This document shows positions 8,453-19,135 of a stretch of DNA of 64,000 nucleotides, one piece after another. Source of the DNA: an uncultured Alphaproteobacteria bacterium (lineage in GTDB: Bacteria; Pseudomonadota; Alphaproteobacteria; Rhizobiales; Aestuariivirgaceae). The notes beneath the pieces are model-generated. The model saw only the letters and a list, made by a program, of their open reading frames with translations. It did no database searches and was not told the origin of the DNA. The translations under genes and the position numbers were made by a program. The stretch is from NCBI GenBank assembly GCA_963841765.1, contig CAWJDZ010000004.1, forward strand, positions 4,677 through 68,676, in the 5' to 3' direction. Every line of letters starts with the position of its first letter. Position 1 is the first letter of the stretch.

Positions 8453-8734
8453 ATGACTCTCTCACGCAACTTGAAAACCGTGCTCGCAGGCGCCTGTCTG
8501 GTCCTGTCGCTTGCCGCCTGCAGCAGGACGGTGCCGGTGGTCGACACTTCGGGCACGCGATTGCCGGCGCCCCCCTCGTTCATGCAGCCGGTTCCGGTCC
8601 AGCACCTGCGGGCCGATCAGGATGCGCGCGATGCGCTGGCGCGCGACCGCCTCGCCCTCAAGCAGGCCAATGCCCGCTTGCGCAAGAGCAAGGCGTGGTA
8701 TCAGGCCGTGCGTCGAACAGCGGCCGGGAAATGA
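8453..8734 (+). CDS. Lipoprotein, outer-membrane spanin (Rz1-like) candidate
   Basis: Lipobox LAAC, Pro-rich linker (LPAPPSFMQPVPV) and short C-terminal helix; AGAAAGGT RBS. Confidence 0.6.
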   Translation: MTLSRNLKTVLAGACLVLSLAACSRTVPVVDTSGTRLPAPPSFMQPVPVQHLRADQDARDALARDRLALKQANARLRKSKAWYQAVRRTAAGK

Positions 8735-8735
8735 C

Positions 8736-8981
8736 ATGCCGCGCAAGGTCAGGATCGTGGAGCGCAAGCTCAAGCGCGAGCGCGCCGTCGGCCGCGTTTT
8801 CCTGGAAGACGGCGTCATCGAGATCGAGGAGCGCCAGAAGCCACGAGACTGGCTGTCGACCCTCGTCCATGAGGCCCTGCATGTGGCTTTTCCCGGCATG
8901 GCGGAAAAGCCGATCGCAGCCGCCGAAAAGAAGATCGCCGATATATTGTGGCGCGCCGGCGTCCGGCGCATTCATCAATAA
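8736..8981 (+). CDS. Small HExxH metallopeptidase-like phage protein
   Basis: 81 aa; GRVFLEDGVIEIE...STLVHEALHVAFP. Confidence 0.7.
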   Translation: MPRKVRIVERKLKRERAVGRVFLEDGVIEIEERQKPRDWLSTLVHEALHVAFPGMAEKPIAAAEKKIADILWRAGVRRIHQ

Positions 8982-9059
8982 TCCATCAGAGGCGTGCGTT
9001 TGATCGGGACGGGCCCGCCACCGGCAAGCGGGCCGTCACGGCCCACTCTCCTCCAGGCC

Positions 9060-9329
9060 CTAAGCCCCGGCCCGCTGTCCGGGCTTCGCGAGATAGGGAC
9101 AGGACAGGACATTGCCCTCATCTTCCATCGTGACCTCGAAGGTCGAGAAGGGCGTCCAGTAGAGGCAATAGGTGTTGCCGATATTGTCGCGCTCGCGCGT
9201 GTAGTTGACGCCAAGCGTCGTCGCATAGAGATAGGCGCCGACGCCCACGATCGCCACGAGGCAACAGATGGCGATATGAGTGATCATCGTCGAGCGTTCG
9301 CGCGTCGTGTCGAACAGCATGGTCGTCAT
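9060..9329 (-). CDS. Hypothetical membrane-anchored protein
   Basis: TM helix followed by CLYWTPF...SCPYL; start uncertain. Confidence 0.55.
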   Translation of the reverse strand: MTTMLFDTTRERSTMITHIAICCLVAIVGVGAYLYATTLGVNYTRERDNIGNTYCLYWTPFSTFEVTMEDEGNVLSCPYLAKPGQRAGA

Positions 9330-9739
9330 TGACGTTTTTCGTCCTCGGTCCATTACCAAAGAGGCCGCATACTCACCAGGTCGGCATCCCGAAAGGCCGG
9401 GCTGTCTTCACGGTGGGGCGCTAAGGGCCGCCGCCACTCTGCCAAGCAGGCCTCATCCAACCCGGCATACCCCCAAGTCCTACGATAACAATTCCACAGC
9501 GTTATTCCAGTCTCTTTGGCGCTTCGATCGCAAAAATTTTTCGCGAATTGCTCATTCATGCCGGCTTTCACCAATGCCGCGCTCGCCGCAGTTCCTCACA
9601 AGACGAGTGAAAGCGCCATGGCAAGGCGTCGCCATCGTTGCTGTTCGGAAGCAGGCTCTGGCCGAGAAGGCCCACGCAAAACAGCATCAATCCGCGACGA
9701 GGACGCAGTTGTGTCGCTGGAGAGGAGCAGAGTTCCGGT

Positions 9740-9856
9740 CTAGATCACGATGAGTTTGGATTGAGTCAATCCAAACTCATAAACGTGATCGATTCTAATA
9801 TTTTAGAGCGCGATTCTTGCGAAAAACCGGTGCCCACTTTTTCGCATCGCGCTCTA
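9740..9856. repeat. Composite palindromic intergenic element (family D, rhizobial RIME/Bru-RS-like)
   Basis: Two hairpins (atgagtttggattga/tcaatccaaactcat and tagagcgcgat...aaaaccggtgcccactttt...atcgcgctctag); related to 52721-52832; ends at the TAG of the adjacent gene. Confidence 0.8.
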
Positions 9857-10902
9857 GAGGCCGAGCCAGCTCTTGATGCGGCTTCCGAGCGGCGTGTTCT
9901 TCTTCGTCATGAGGATGATCTTGTCGTCATCCTTGGCGGGCTCGGTCGTGACCTGCTCTGGCTTCGGTTCCCGCTTCACATTCTTTGCCGTCTTGCTCTT
10001 CGTCTTCACGGTCTTTGTCGATTCGGGTTCCGCCGTCGCCGCCCTGCTCTTCGTCCTCACGGTCTTTGCCGATTCGGGTTCCGCCGCCGCCGGCTTCGCC
10101 GCAGCGGCTTCCGCCTTGGCAGCCTTGGCTTTGCTGCGCTTTTCCTCGGCGAGCTTGCTCTTGGCGCGCTTCGACCTGGCGAGCTTCGGTTTCTTGCGCT
10201 TGGCCTTGGCCTGCTTCGTCTTGGTCGCCTTCGCCTTGACGGGCTTGGGCTCGGCGGCTTTTGTGTCGGCCCCGGGGACATCGACATCGGCGGGCTCAGC
10301 CGCCACTGCCTTGGGTGGCGGCTTCCGTCTTCTCAGCCGCCTCAGGGAGCCTTGCCGTCGGCTTCAGGCTCGGCGGCAGGCACGGCTGCCTCGGTTCCCG
10401 CAGGCTTCTCCTGCGTGGCCATGGAGGGGATGGGCTCGCCTACCGCGGGCAGCGGCACTTTTTCCGGAGCTTCCGCCTGTGCAGGGGGCGGCGCGGGGGG
10501 CGAGTTGGCGGGCTTCGCAACAGCCGTCTCAGGCGGCTTCACCGCAGGAGGCTCGGTCCTCGCCACGCCCTCCGCGGGCTTCGGCTCGGAAACCGTTTTC
10601 GGGATTGTGAGAGGATCGGAGGTCCTGGTCGGCTTGGGCTCGAACCAGGGAACATCGGTCGCCCCGCGCTCGACCACGGTCGAGTTGTTGGGATCGACGA
10701 CGCCGGGCTGCGGCGCGGCCGGGAGGACTTCTTCCGGACACCGGTAAATGGTCGTCGTCGTCGCCTCCGCCGCGGCGGAGGGACTGACGCATTCGCCGCG
10801 CGCCGGCAGCGCTGCACCCAGGAAGACAAGCGACAACGCCAGCCACGGCAGCGGCTTGCAATTCTTCCGATTCACGAGCTCCGAGGCATCCGCCAAAGGC
10901 AT
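9854..10902 (-). CDS. Secreted Pro/Ala/Lys-rich low-complexity protein (indels near 10310-10345)
   Basis: Signal peptide, a Cys pair, a Pro-rich linker (ORF 10342..), then a Lys/Ala histone-like tail (ORF 9854..10306). Confidence 0.65.
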
Positions 10903-11188
10903 CCGGTCTTCCGTCAGTCGACAGAGGAAAGTAACACGCCGCCGCACCACAATAAACTTCAAATATTCATTAATATTTCGGGGCTCATTCCCATCCCGCT
11001 GTGGCGAAACTTTGACGCCTGGACCTGGGATTTGCCGGCTCAAACGGTCGTTCCTCCAGCAGACAACCGATAATCTCGTCTCCGGGAGCAAATGCCCGCG
11101 CCCGACGGGCTTCGGCGATCGCCCGCTTCGAGCCGGCGGGCTTGCTGTTTGTGCCACGAAACGCGCATGCCGATCTTCGGCGCGCCTG

Positions 11189-11356
11189 TCAAGGCTGGCG
11201 CACGGACGAGGTTAACTCCCGGGAAGCCTCTTCCAGAAGCTTCTGCGCCCGGAGGAGCAGGCCATCGCGGACGGCCTCTTCCTTCATCGAAAGGGCGAGG
11301 GTGATCGCCTGCCTTGCCGCGATCCGCAGCTCATCGCTTGTCAAAAACCGATCCAT
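11189..11356 (-). CDS. Small hypothetical protein (55 aa)
   Basis: Manual translation MDRFLTSDELRIAARQAITLALSMKEEAVRDGLLLRAQKLLEEASRELTSSVRQP*; amphipathic helices. Confidence 0.45.
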   Translation of the reverse strand: MDRFLTSDELRIAARQAITLALSMKEEAVRDGLLLRAQKLLEEASRELTSSVRQP

Positions 11357-11801
11357 GATGGCCGAACGGCAGAAGCGACGGAAGGTTCGCTGCGACCCGT
11401 CGACATGGTTAGGCTTTGATTAAAACTTTACCGGACCTGTCGGACTTCCCGCTGGAAACGAGAGCTTTGTTTTGACGTGACGGTCGACATATGCGTCCGA
11501 CGCAACCAGTGTTTCGTTCGGTCATCCGCAAGATTTCCTCCGCCGGTACGATTTCAGGGTTTCGTTAGGGTTCACATCGAGCGCGGAGGTTCGAAAAGTC
11601 ATCCGTGTACTGAATAGTATGCCTTGTGGCGTCCTGCCATGAATTCCGCCGGGACAGGATCCTCGACAAAAATTTCGCATGAAGTAATTTTTTTGGAACG
11701 ATCCTCGGTTCCGCGGTGTTCGGCTCGCGTCAGTTGAGGACAGAGGCACTGGCTGACGGGAACGGCGAACAATTCGAGCCAACCAAACTGTGGAGAGTCA
11801 G

Positions 11802-12661
11802 ATGCACTCACTCGAGCAGACGGGAAACCTTTGCAAATTGTGGATGCAGGCGGCGGGACTGAGCCTCGTGCTCGCCCTGGCGCCTGTTCCTGTTTCCTAT
11901 GCGCAGACCGCCGATGCCGGCGCTACCGCCGGCGGCAGCGCCGACAGCGGCGACGGCAGCACCGCCGGCGCCAACTCCACGGCAGGCGCGGAGGCGGGCC
12001 CCGATGGCACAGGCGGAGTCACGGCGAGCGCCGAAGGAACTGCCGACGGGACGGCGGCCGGCGCTGCCGGCACGGTGGGCGGTTCCAGCATAGGTGCGGA
12101 CGCGTCCGCCACGTCGGGCGAGGCGGCCACCGCGCAGACATCGACCACTGCGGGAACCTACGCAAATTCCAAGGCGGGAGATGATCCGTTTGCCGAAGCT
12201 GCGGCGGCGGCACGACCATCTCCAGGCTCGGCCCGAATCGCGGCTATGCCATCTCCTATGTCGACGGTGCCTATTCGCTGAGCGGCTACAAGGGCGACAC
12301 CGCTTATGCGAGCTCCGGCATCTATTCGGGCGATACGCTCACGAACGGGCAGGCGAAATCGCTGTTCCGCAGCAGCGTCGAGGTGGGCGCGCAAGCCGAC
12401 ACCACCACCGCCACCGCGTCCGCCACCGCCACATCAAAGGCAAAGGCGAAGAATTCAATGACGGCATCGGTTGAGACGATGGCGCAGGCTTCCGCCGCCG
12501 CATCGACAAACGGCACAGCAGCCAGCAGCGCCAAGGCGAGCTTTTCCGGGTGGGCCGGTGTGAAGAGCGCCAACAGCACCAGCTCCCAGGGCCAGAACGC
12601 AGCTCTTGTCGGCTTCAGCAAAGGCTGCCGCAACCGTGAACGGGGGGCCTGCGACATGTGA
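11802..12661 (+). CDS. Secreted Ala/Gly/Ser/Thr-rich protein (frameshift near 12210)
   Basis: Signal peptide ending VSYA-QT; low-complexity body continues in the frame of ORF 12383..12661; C-terminal Cys pair. Confidence 0.7.
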
Positions 12662-12779
12662 GCATCACTGAGCTTCGCGCCTCTTGGGCTCACCCCCTGA
12701 CCGAGTGCGCGGAACGCGGGACGGCAAAACTAGTGGCCTCGAGGTGAGGCGAGGCCCTCTCAAACCTAGGAGAACAGAG

Positions 12780-13139
12780 ATGATTAGAACTACTCTTATA
12801 GCCCTTGGCGCGCTTGCTGGTAGCGTCGCGCTGACGCCGGCTGCCATGGCCGCCTGCAATTGGACGGGCTGCGACAGCACCACGACCATCAACCTCAACA
12901 GCAGTCTCAACGCGCAGTTCGGCACCGGCCTTGGCGCCGCCACCGGTGGCTTCGCTGGTTTCGCTGACGATGACAGCGCCGCACTTGGGGTCACCTCCAG
13001 CGCTGCTGCTGCGGCCGGAGATACCGGAACGGGCTTCGGCACCAATACTACGGGCGCCCAAGCCAACTCGCCCGGCGGAGCAAACGTGAGCGGTAGCTCG
13101 ACCTCCACCGCGTCGGCCAACGGAGGTTCCGCGCCTTAA
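12780..13139 (+). CDS. Small secreted Gly/Ala/Ser/Thr/Asn-rich protein
   Basis: AGGAGA RBS; signal peptide ending AMA-A; CNWTGC; mature part has no Lys or Arg. Confidence 0.8.
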   Translation: MIRTTLIALGALAGSVALTPAAMAACNWTGCDSTTTINLNSSLNAQFGTGLGAATGGFAGFADDDSAALGVTSSAAAAAGDTGTGFGTNTTGAQANSPGGANVSGSSTSTASANGGSAP

Positions 13140-13217
13140 AGCTTGCAGGTCACTGAACTGAACCTGGCGCATGACCGGTTTTCCGGTCATGCGTCAGACT
13201 TTTATGGAGTTGCAAGA

Positions 13218-13439
13218 TCAGGCGATTTCATCGAGCTCGTTCAGCAGGCGCTCCATCTCAGCGATGTGCTCGTCATATTGGGATTCAAGCTGCGACAGCT
13301 TTGTTTCTTCTTCCGAGTCAGCCGTGCCCGACAGGCGCAAAGCCCTGACGTTCTCTTTCTGTGCGAGAATGAGGCGCTCACAATCACTGGCGGCGAGGCG
13401 TATGCGCGCCACCATGTCCAACAATTGTAATCTCTCCAT
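13218..13439 (-). CDS. Small helical-hairpin hypothetical protein
   Basis: MERLQLLDMVARIRLAASDCERLILAQKENVRALRLSG...MERLLNELD. Confidence 0.7.
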   Translation of the reverse strand: MERLQLLDMVARIRLAASDCERLILAQKENVRALRLSGTADSEEETKLSQLESQYDEHIAEMERLLNELDEIA

Positions 13440-13541
13440 ATCGGAGAAGAAACGCCCCGATGCGGTTCCAGGTTCTGGGCATTTTAAGGGCAAGAAAGCG
13501 GCAGGTTCTGCGCGCATCGACGCCCCTGACAGGCGAGGAAT

Positions 13542-13766
13542 TCAATGGCTGGCCCGGTCCAGCTGGTCCAGCACCCAATTCATCTCGCGCAGCCGCTTCT
13601 GCTCTTCGTTGGCCGCCGCCCGCAGCCGCATTTCAGCGACCGAGGTGCTGGCACCCTTCGCCCTGAGTTCGTTCACTTCGAGCGTGAGCACAACGATATT
13701 CAAATATGCCTTCTCGGCCTGGTCTCGCGTTTCGGCGAGCCGGACGAGCAGCTTCGCCTTGTCCAT
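13542..13766 (-). CDS. Small helical-hairpin hypothetical protein
   Basis: MDKAKLLVRLAETRDQAEK...LRAKGASTSVAEMRL...MNWVLDQLD; GGAAC-N18-TT promoter at 13815-13839. Confidence 0.75.
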   Translation of the reverse strand: MDKAKLLVRLAETRDQAEKAYLNIVVLTLEVNELRAKGASTSVAEMRLRAAANEEQKRLREMNWVLDQLDRASH

Positions 13767-13955
13767 TGTTCTTCCGGGGTCTCAATCGAACTCGGGGCCA
13801 CATGCTGTCGATTTAACATATGATAAGCTCGGCCGTTCCAATGGCATCGATTGATGACTCGCCGGAGCCGAGCCGCCCTCGCCCGAATCGATTGCATTCA
13901 CCGGCGGCCAGAGTGAGGAAAGTGAACCAGTTTTCTGCTGCGCCGTTGACCTGAC

Positions 13956-14177
13956 ATGGAGACGCCGCTCACCATGGTACGCCGGCATGTCAGGCGCGGA
14001 AGCCAATTGCTCGCCCGGCAGCGGGAAATCGTCGAGGAGCTTGCGCGCGACCACCATCCGACGTCGGACGCCGTGAAGCTTCTGCATCTATTCGAAGACA
14101 TCCAGAAAATGCACCGGGCCCATTTGCGGCAGCTTCTCAGGCGCCGGCGCAGGCCGCCGAACGGCCTGATCCACTAG
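13956..14177 (+). CDS. Small helical-hairpin hypothetical protein
   Basis: METPLTMVRRHVRRGSQLLARQREIVEELARDHHPTSDAVKLLHLFEDIQKMH. Confidence 0.75.
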   Translation: METPLTMVRRHVRRGSQLLARQREIVEELARDHHPTSDAVKLLHLFEDIQKMHRAHLRQLLRRRRRPPNGLIH

Positions 14178-14347
14178 TGTGCGGAACGCGAAGTTCCTGA
14201 TATCCATCCGCTATACCGACAGGAACTTCGCGTTCAAAAGCACACTGGAATTGTTCCATTTTTTAGTGTCCTTTCGAATCCGAAGTTCGCTCGGAAGACG
14301 CTGCGAGGCGAGGCGAACTTCGGATCATCGAGGTTGCGCGCCGCTAG
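14174..14347. repeat. Palindromic MITE-like element, family B, copy 1
   Basis: CTAG-bounded; hairpins gaacgcgaagttcctg/caggaacttcgcgttc and tccgaagttcgc/gcgaacttcgga; inverse copy of 35263-35427. Confidence 0.9.
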
Positions 14348-14565
14348 GCACCACTCTTCGTCGATTTGCGGTCATCGAGCGTCTGCACCTTTTCCCAGGT
14401 CGTCTGGACGCCCTCCTTGACCCGGTCCCATTGGCGCGCGGCGACATCCCAATTGACAAGTGCATTTGCACCATCGGCGCCCCCTTTGGCGAAGGCCGTG
14501 TCGTGAATATAGGCGGCCGCTACCGTCAGCAGACAACCCAGGATCAATCCCACAAAGGTCCGCAT
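14344..14565 (-). CDS. Hypothetical membrane-anchored protein
   Basis: MRTFVGLILGCLLTVAAAYIHD...LVNWDVAARQW; GGAGGT RBS. Confidence 0.8.
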   Translation of the reverse strand: MRTFVGLILGCLLTVAAAYIHDTAFAKGGADGANALVNWDVAARQWDRVKEGVQTTWEKVQTLDDRKSTKSGA

Positions 14566-14789
14566 TTTCACCTCCAGAAAGCCGGAACAGGCCGCTGCCC
14601 GGCCCGTAGCTGAAACCGGCCACCCTTCCGGAAAGTTCCCGGGGTCAGCGGCAACCAAGTTTTCACCACAGTCCTTTAAGTGGCCTGTATCGATAACCCG
14701 CAAATGGTTCCAATATGAGGATAAAGCGCCAAATAGGCATCCACGCCGCCATGGTGTAATGGTTACGCCAGAGGCGCGGGGGAGTGCCC

Positions 14790-16593
14790 ATGGAAGTCAA
14801 ATTCTTCGGAACGCGGGGGTCGATCCCTGTTCCTGGACCGCGAACGATCAAATATGGCGGCAATACCTCCTGCACCGCCATTCGGTCGTCGCAGGGCACG
14901 CTCATCGTGCTCGACATGGGCACAGGGTCATTCCCCCCTCGGCCAGGCGCTTGCGGCCTCCGGAAAGCCGGTCAAAGGCCATGTCCTGATCAGCCACACG
15001 CATTGGGATCACATTCAGGGCCTGCCGTTCTTCGCGCCCTTCTTTCAATCCGGAAACGAGTGGGACGTCTATGCGCCGCGCGGCTTGAGCGGGTCGCTGC
15101 GCGAGACACTCTCGGGGCAGATGCAGTACACATATTTTCCGCTCGAGCTCGAGCAACTGGGGGCGACGATCCATTACCACGACCTCGTGGAGGGCAGTCT
15201 CGCGCTCGACGATTTCGCGGTGGAAGCGCAATATCTGAACCATCCGGCGATGACCTTGGGCTATCGGCTCGAAGCTGACGGCGAGACCGTGGTCTATGCG
15301 CTCGATCATGAACCCTTCGATCCAACGCTGGCATCGGGCACCGGGGATTTTTCCACCGCCGACCGCCGGCATGTCGACTTCCTCGCCGACGCCGACCTCG
15401 TGATCCACGACGCACAGTATTTGGCCAGCGAATATGCGGCAAAGACCGGCTGGGGCCACAGCACGGTGGAATATGCGCTGCATGTCGCCCAGGCGGCCGG
15501 CGCGCGCCGCCTGGCCTTGGCGCATCACGACCCGAACCGTAGCGATGAGGCGATCGATCGCCTCATCGACCGGTTCAGGGCGCAGGGGGGCCAGGTCGAG
15601 CTCTTTGCCGCGGCCGAAGGGAGCACGGTAATACTTACGCATGACGGTGCGGCGGCCGCCAAAGGGGCGCGTGACGCCGACCAGCATCATCCCGACGTTT
15701 CCGCCGCCAAGGCGATAACACAGCCGGCGCTCGGCGAACAATCCGTCCTCCTGACACGCGGCGACCCCGCTCTTACGGAACGGCTGGGGCGGATATTGCA
15801 GCATGACGGCGTGGCGGCGTTCACCTGCGAGGCCGATCGCGCCGCAGAAGCGGTGATGATCGAAAAGCCATCGCTGCTCGTCATCGTCGGAGGGCCGAAG
15901 GCGAGGGAAGCGCTGAGCCACGTCAAAGCCATACGTATGCTGGCCGAGCCCCTGGGCAGCCTGCCGATCGTGCTCGTCGGAGAGGGAGACGCCAGGAACG
16001 CAAATGGCGCAGCGGGAATAAGCGACAAGCTGGTCGGGCCGTTCACCGACAACTACGCCAGGACCCGATTGCGCGCATGGCTCATGCGCCGAGCCTGCAA
16101 ATGGGCGCTGCCACCGATTCCGCTCACGAGTCCGATCGTGTGGCGGCGCTCCACGCACTCGACATTCTCGACACGCCGTCCAACGCGCTCTTCGATTCGC
16201 TCGTCACGCTGGCGAGCGATCTGTTCAATGTCCCGATCGCGGCGGTGAGCCTGGTCGACCGGGAGCGGCAGTGGTTCAAGGCGTCATGCGGACTGCCGGG
16301 GCGTGAAACGCCGCGCGATGAAATCCTTCTGCGCTCACGTCGTCGCCGATCCAGTCACGACCATCATTCCCGATACGCTTCTCGATACGCGGTTCGCCGA
16401 GAATCTGGCCGTCACCGGGCCGCCGCATCTGCGCTTCTATGCGGGCCAGCCGATCATGCTGACAAAGGGACACTGCATCGGCACAGTGTGCATTGCCGAC
16501 ACACGGCCGCGGCAGCTGTCGCCGCAGGACCTCGAGCGGCTGGGCCAGATCGCTTCGCTCGCGGTCAATCTTATCGAGTTGGGCCGGGTGTGA
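14790..16593 (+). CDS. MBL-fold metallo-hydrolase fused to receiver-like and GAF domains (about 3 frameshifts)
   Basis: GTRGSIP, YGGNTSC, HTHWDHIQG, GWGHS, HHDP; degenerate REC; GAF motifs E..RVAALHALDILDT, SLVD..RQWFK, SFCAH, LRFYAG.P, IGTVCIAD. Confidence 0.85.
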
Positions 16594-16687
16594 GCGCAGA
16601 TAGTTCATAAAACCAGGCAAGAGCCTCTCTTGGCGCCGTTGAGCTCCTCGCGCGACGCAGCGCGTCGCGCGAGGCATGCCCAGTCCC

Positions 16688-17509
16688 TCAATCGATCTGT
16701 CCACCGCCGCCTTCACCATCCGGCTCGCCGCCTTCACCATCCGGCTCGCCGCCTTCACCATCGGGCTCGCCGCCGCCCGCCGGTGGGCCACCACTTTCAC
16801 GACGTTCGCCGGCATTCTGACTGCCGCCGAAGAAATTCTCGAACGAAGTGAGGCTCGAGCGGCAGGACCGGGTGTTGAGCCGGAAGGGCCGCGCCAATGT
16901 GCCCTGGTCGAGGATATAGGGCAGCGAGCGCAGGGCCTGGCCCTTGGCGCGGCCGCCCAGCTGATCCACGTCATTGCGGCGGGCCCGGCCCACACCGCAA
17001 TTCTCGGGAATGATCTCGCATTGGCCCGAGGCGCAGAGCCTCACCCGCCCATCGAGCACGGCGATGAGCGTCTGCCGGCCGGATGAGAAATCGAAAGCAG
17101 TGCCGCGAATGCCGATCGTCGCATTGCCCGTCTGGATATTGTAGGCGCTCTTCGCCATGTGGCCGCTGATGAAACGGAAAGTCCCGCGCAGCGCGTCTAC
17201 GGAGAACTTCTGCGTGCGCTTGCCGCCACGGAGCAGGAAGCGGTCAATCACCAGAGTGGAATTGGGTCCGACCACGAGCTTCGTGTCGTCCACGAAGACG
17301 ATCTGGATATTGCCCCTGCCCGTCTCGAGCCTGTCATTCTCGTACACTGGACTGCCGGCGCCGAGGCCACGCGCCCCGCCCGGGCCTGAGCTTTTCGGCG
17401 ATCCGACGACCGCCACTACTTTTCCGATGGGGCTTGCGGCCAAGCCAGGGGCCGCCAGAGCGAACAATCCAACCATTGCCGCAAATACGAAGCGGGCCGA
17501 ACGTGCCAT
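16688..17509 (-). CDS. Secreted FecR-domain protein with acidic Gly-rich tail
   Basis: Signal peptide; QIVFVDDTKLVVGPNSTLVID, GTFRFISG, ATIGIRGTAF; C-terminal (GGEPDGE)x3. Confidence 0.85.
   Translation of the reverse strand: MARSARFVFAAMVGLFALAAPGLAASPIGKVVAVVGSPKSSGPGGARGLGAGSPVYENDRLETGRGNIQIVFVDDTKLVVGPNSTLVIDRFLLRGGKRTQKFSVDALRGTFRFISGHMAKSAYNIQTGNATIGIRGTAFDFSSGRQTLIAVLDGRVRLCASGQCEIIPENCGVGRARRNDVDQLGGRAKGQALRSLPYILDQGTLARPFRLNTRSCRSSLTSFENFFGGSQNAGERRESGGPPAGGGEPDGEGGEPDGEGGEPDGEGGGGQID
16703..16772 (-). repeat. 21-bp coding tandem repeat (about 3 copies)
   Basis: cgccgccttcaccatccggct repeated, encoding GGEPDGE. Confidence 0.85.
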
Positions 17510-17719
17510 GCAGAAATCTCCACAGTCAGTTCGCCCTCTCTCGCGGCGTGTTTTTGACCTGTTTCATCGCAAATGGCAACTCACAATTGTCGGCAGGGCG
17601 CCCGTTTCACTCGAGGCACAGACTCATTGCATTATGAGCAAGGAGCCCGACTGTTGCAGGCGGTCAGGCGCTCCGTGGGACTGTGTCCCAACTGCCTTTT
17701 CCGATCGGTTGTTTCAATT

Positions 17720-19135
17720 TCAAGCTGAAGCATCCGCCGGGCCCGTTCCCGCCGGCGCAGGCGATTCGCTTGCGGGCTCTTTGCCCTTGCTCTTATGAGG
17801 CGATGCTCCGGCGAAGACCTGGAGGAGGATGCGCCGCGGTATGAACCGGTCGTCATTGACGAGAAAGCTGAAGATGAAGCCGACCCCGAGCACGAGGATA
17901 CCGAGCAGGAACGAGTAGACGATGGCGCGATCGGGATAATTGTCCTTGAGGCTCGCCACCATCAGCGGTCCCAAGATCGCCGGCGGCCGACCAGGCGGTG
18001 AGGATGACGCCGTAGACCCGGGACATGCGCTTCGTCCCATAAACATCAGTCACCATGGACGGCATGATCGCGAAGCCACCGCCGAAGCAACTCAGCACAT
18101 AACATACCAAATGGCGAAGACCCACGGATCGTGCTCCGTCATCAGGATACCAAACACGATCAGCTGCGAGGCGAGCAGGACGCGAAAAGTATTGATGCGG
18201 CCGAGCCGGTCCGAAAGGGCGCCCCAGACGATGCGCCCTAAGCCGTTGAACAGAGAGCTGACGGCGATCAGCGTGGCGCCATAGCCGGCCAGGACGGAGC
18301 GCTCCAAGGTTGGGTGGTCGAGCCTCCAGATATCCTGGTAGAGCGGCGACAGGAAGCTGACGAGCGAGATGCCGGCCATGATGTTGAGAAAGAAGATGAA
18401 CCACATGATCGCGTATTGGCCGGCCAGGACGATATTCCCCAAGCGGCAGGTCGGACTCTTGCTCGGCCTGGCATAAGGGCGGCCGCGCGGGCATCCTTCG
18501 CTGCCGACGGGACAAAGCCGCTTGGGTAGATAGTCGGCCGGGGGGTTCCTCAGCATCGCCGCGGAGCCGAGCGCGGCCGAGCCGAGGATGGCGCCCAGGG
18601 CTGCGAACACAAGGGCCAGGTTCCGGTAGAACACGTCCATCAGGATCGGGGCAAGCACGACGCTCAGGACGAAGGCGCCGAGCCCGAAACCCCATGGCGA
18701 CAATGCCGGTCAGCCAGCCCCTTCTTGTCGGGAAACCATTTGGTGACGGTCGCTCATCGGCGTCACATAGCCTAGGCCGATGCCGATCCCCGCGACGACG
18801 CCGTAGCCCAGATAGAAAAGTGTCAGGCTCTTCACCGCGAGGGCGACCGCCGCCAGGGCATAGCCCGCCGCGAAGAGAAGGCCGCCGGCGACGGCGAGCT
18901 TGCGTGGTCCGATCCTGGCGAGGTTGATCCCGCCCCAGGCCGCCGACAGCCCGAGGCAGCAGATAGTCAGGCTGAAGGCCCACGAGGTCTCGGTATTGGT
19001 CCAGCGGAACTGCTCGACCAGAAGCGGCTGGAAGTAGCTCCAGGCATACACGGTGCCAAGGCAGAGCTGCAGCACCGTGCATACGGTCGCGATCAGCCAC
19101 CGATTGGACACGCGTTCTTTCGCATGCATACTCAT
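17720..19135 (-). CDS. OFA (oxalate:formate antiporter)-family MFS transporter (several frameshifts)
   Basis: NRWLIA..LQLCLGTVYAWS, GIGLGYVTP..KWFPDKKG, FNGLGRIVWGALSDRLGR, CFGGGFAIMP, YGVILTAWS. Confidence 0.85.
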
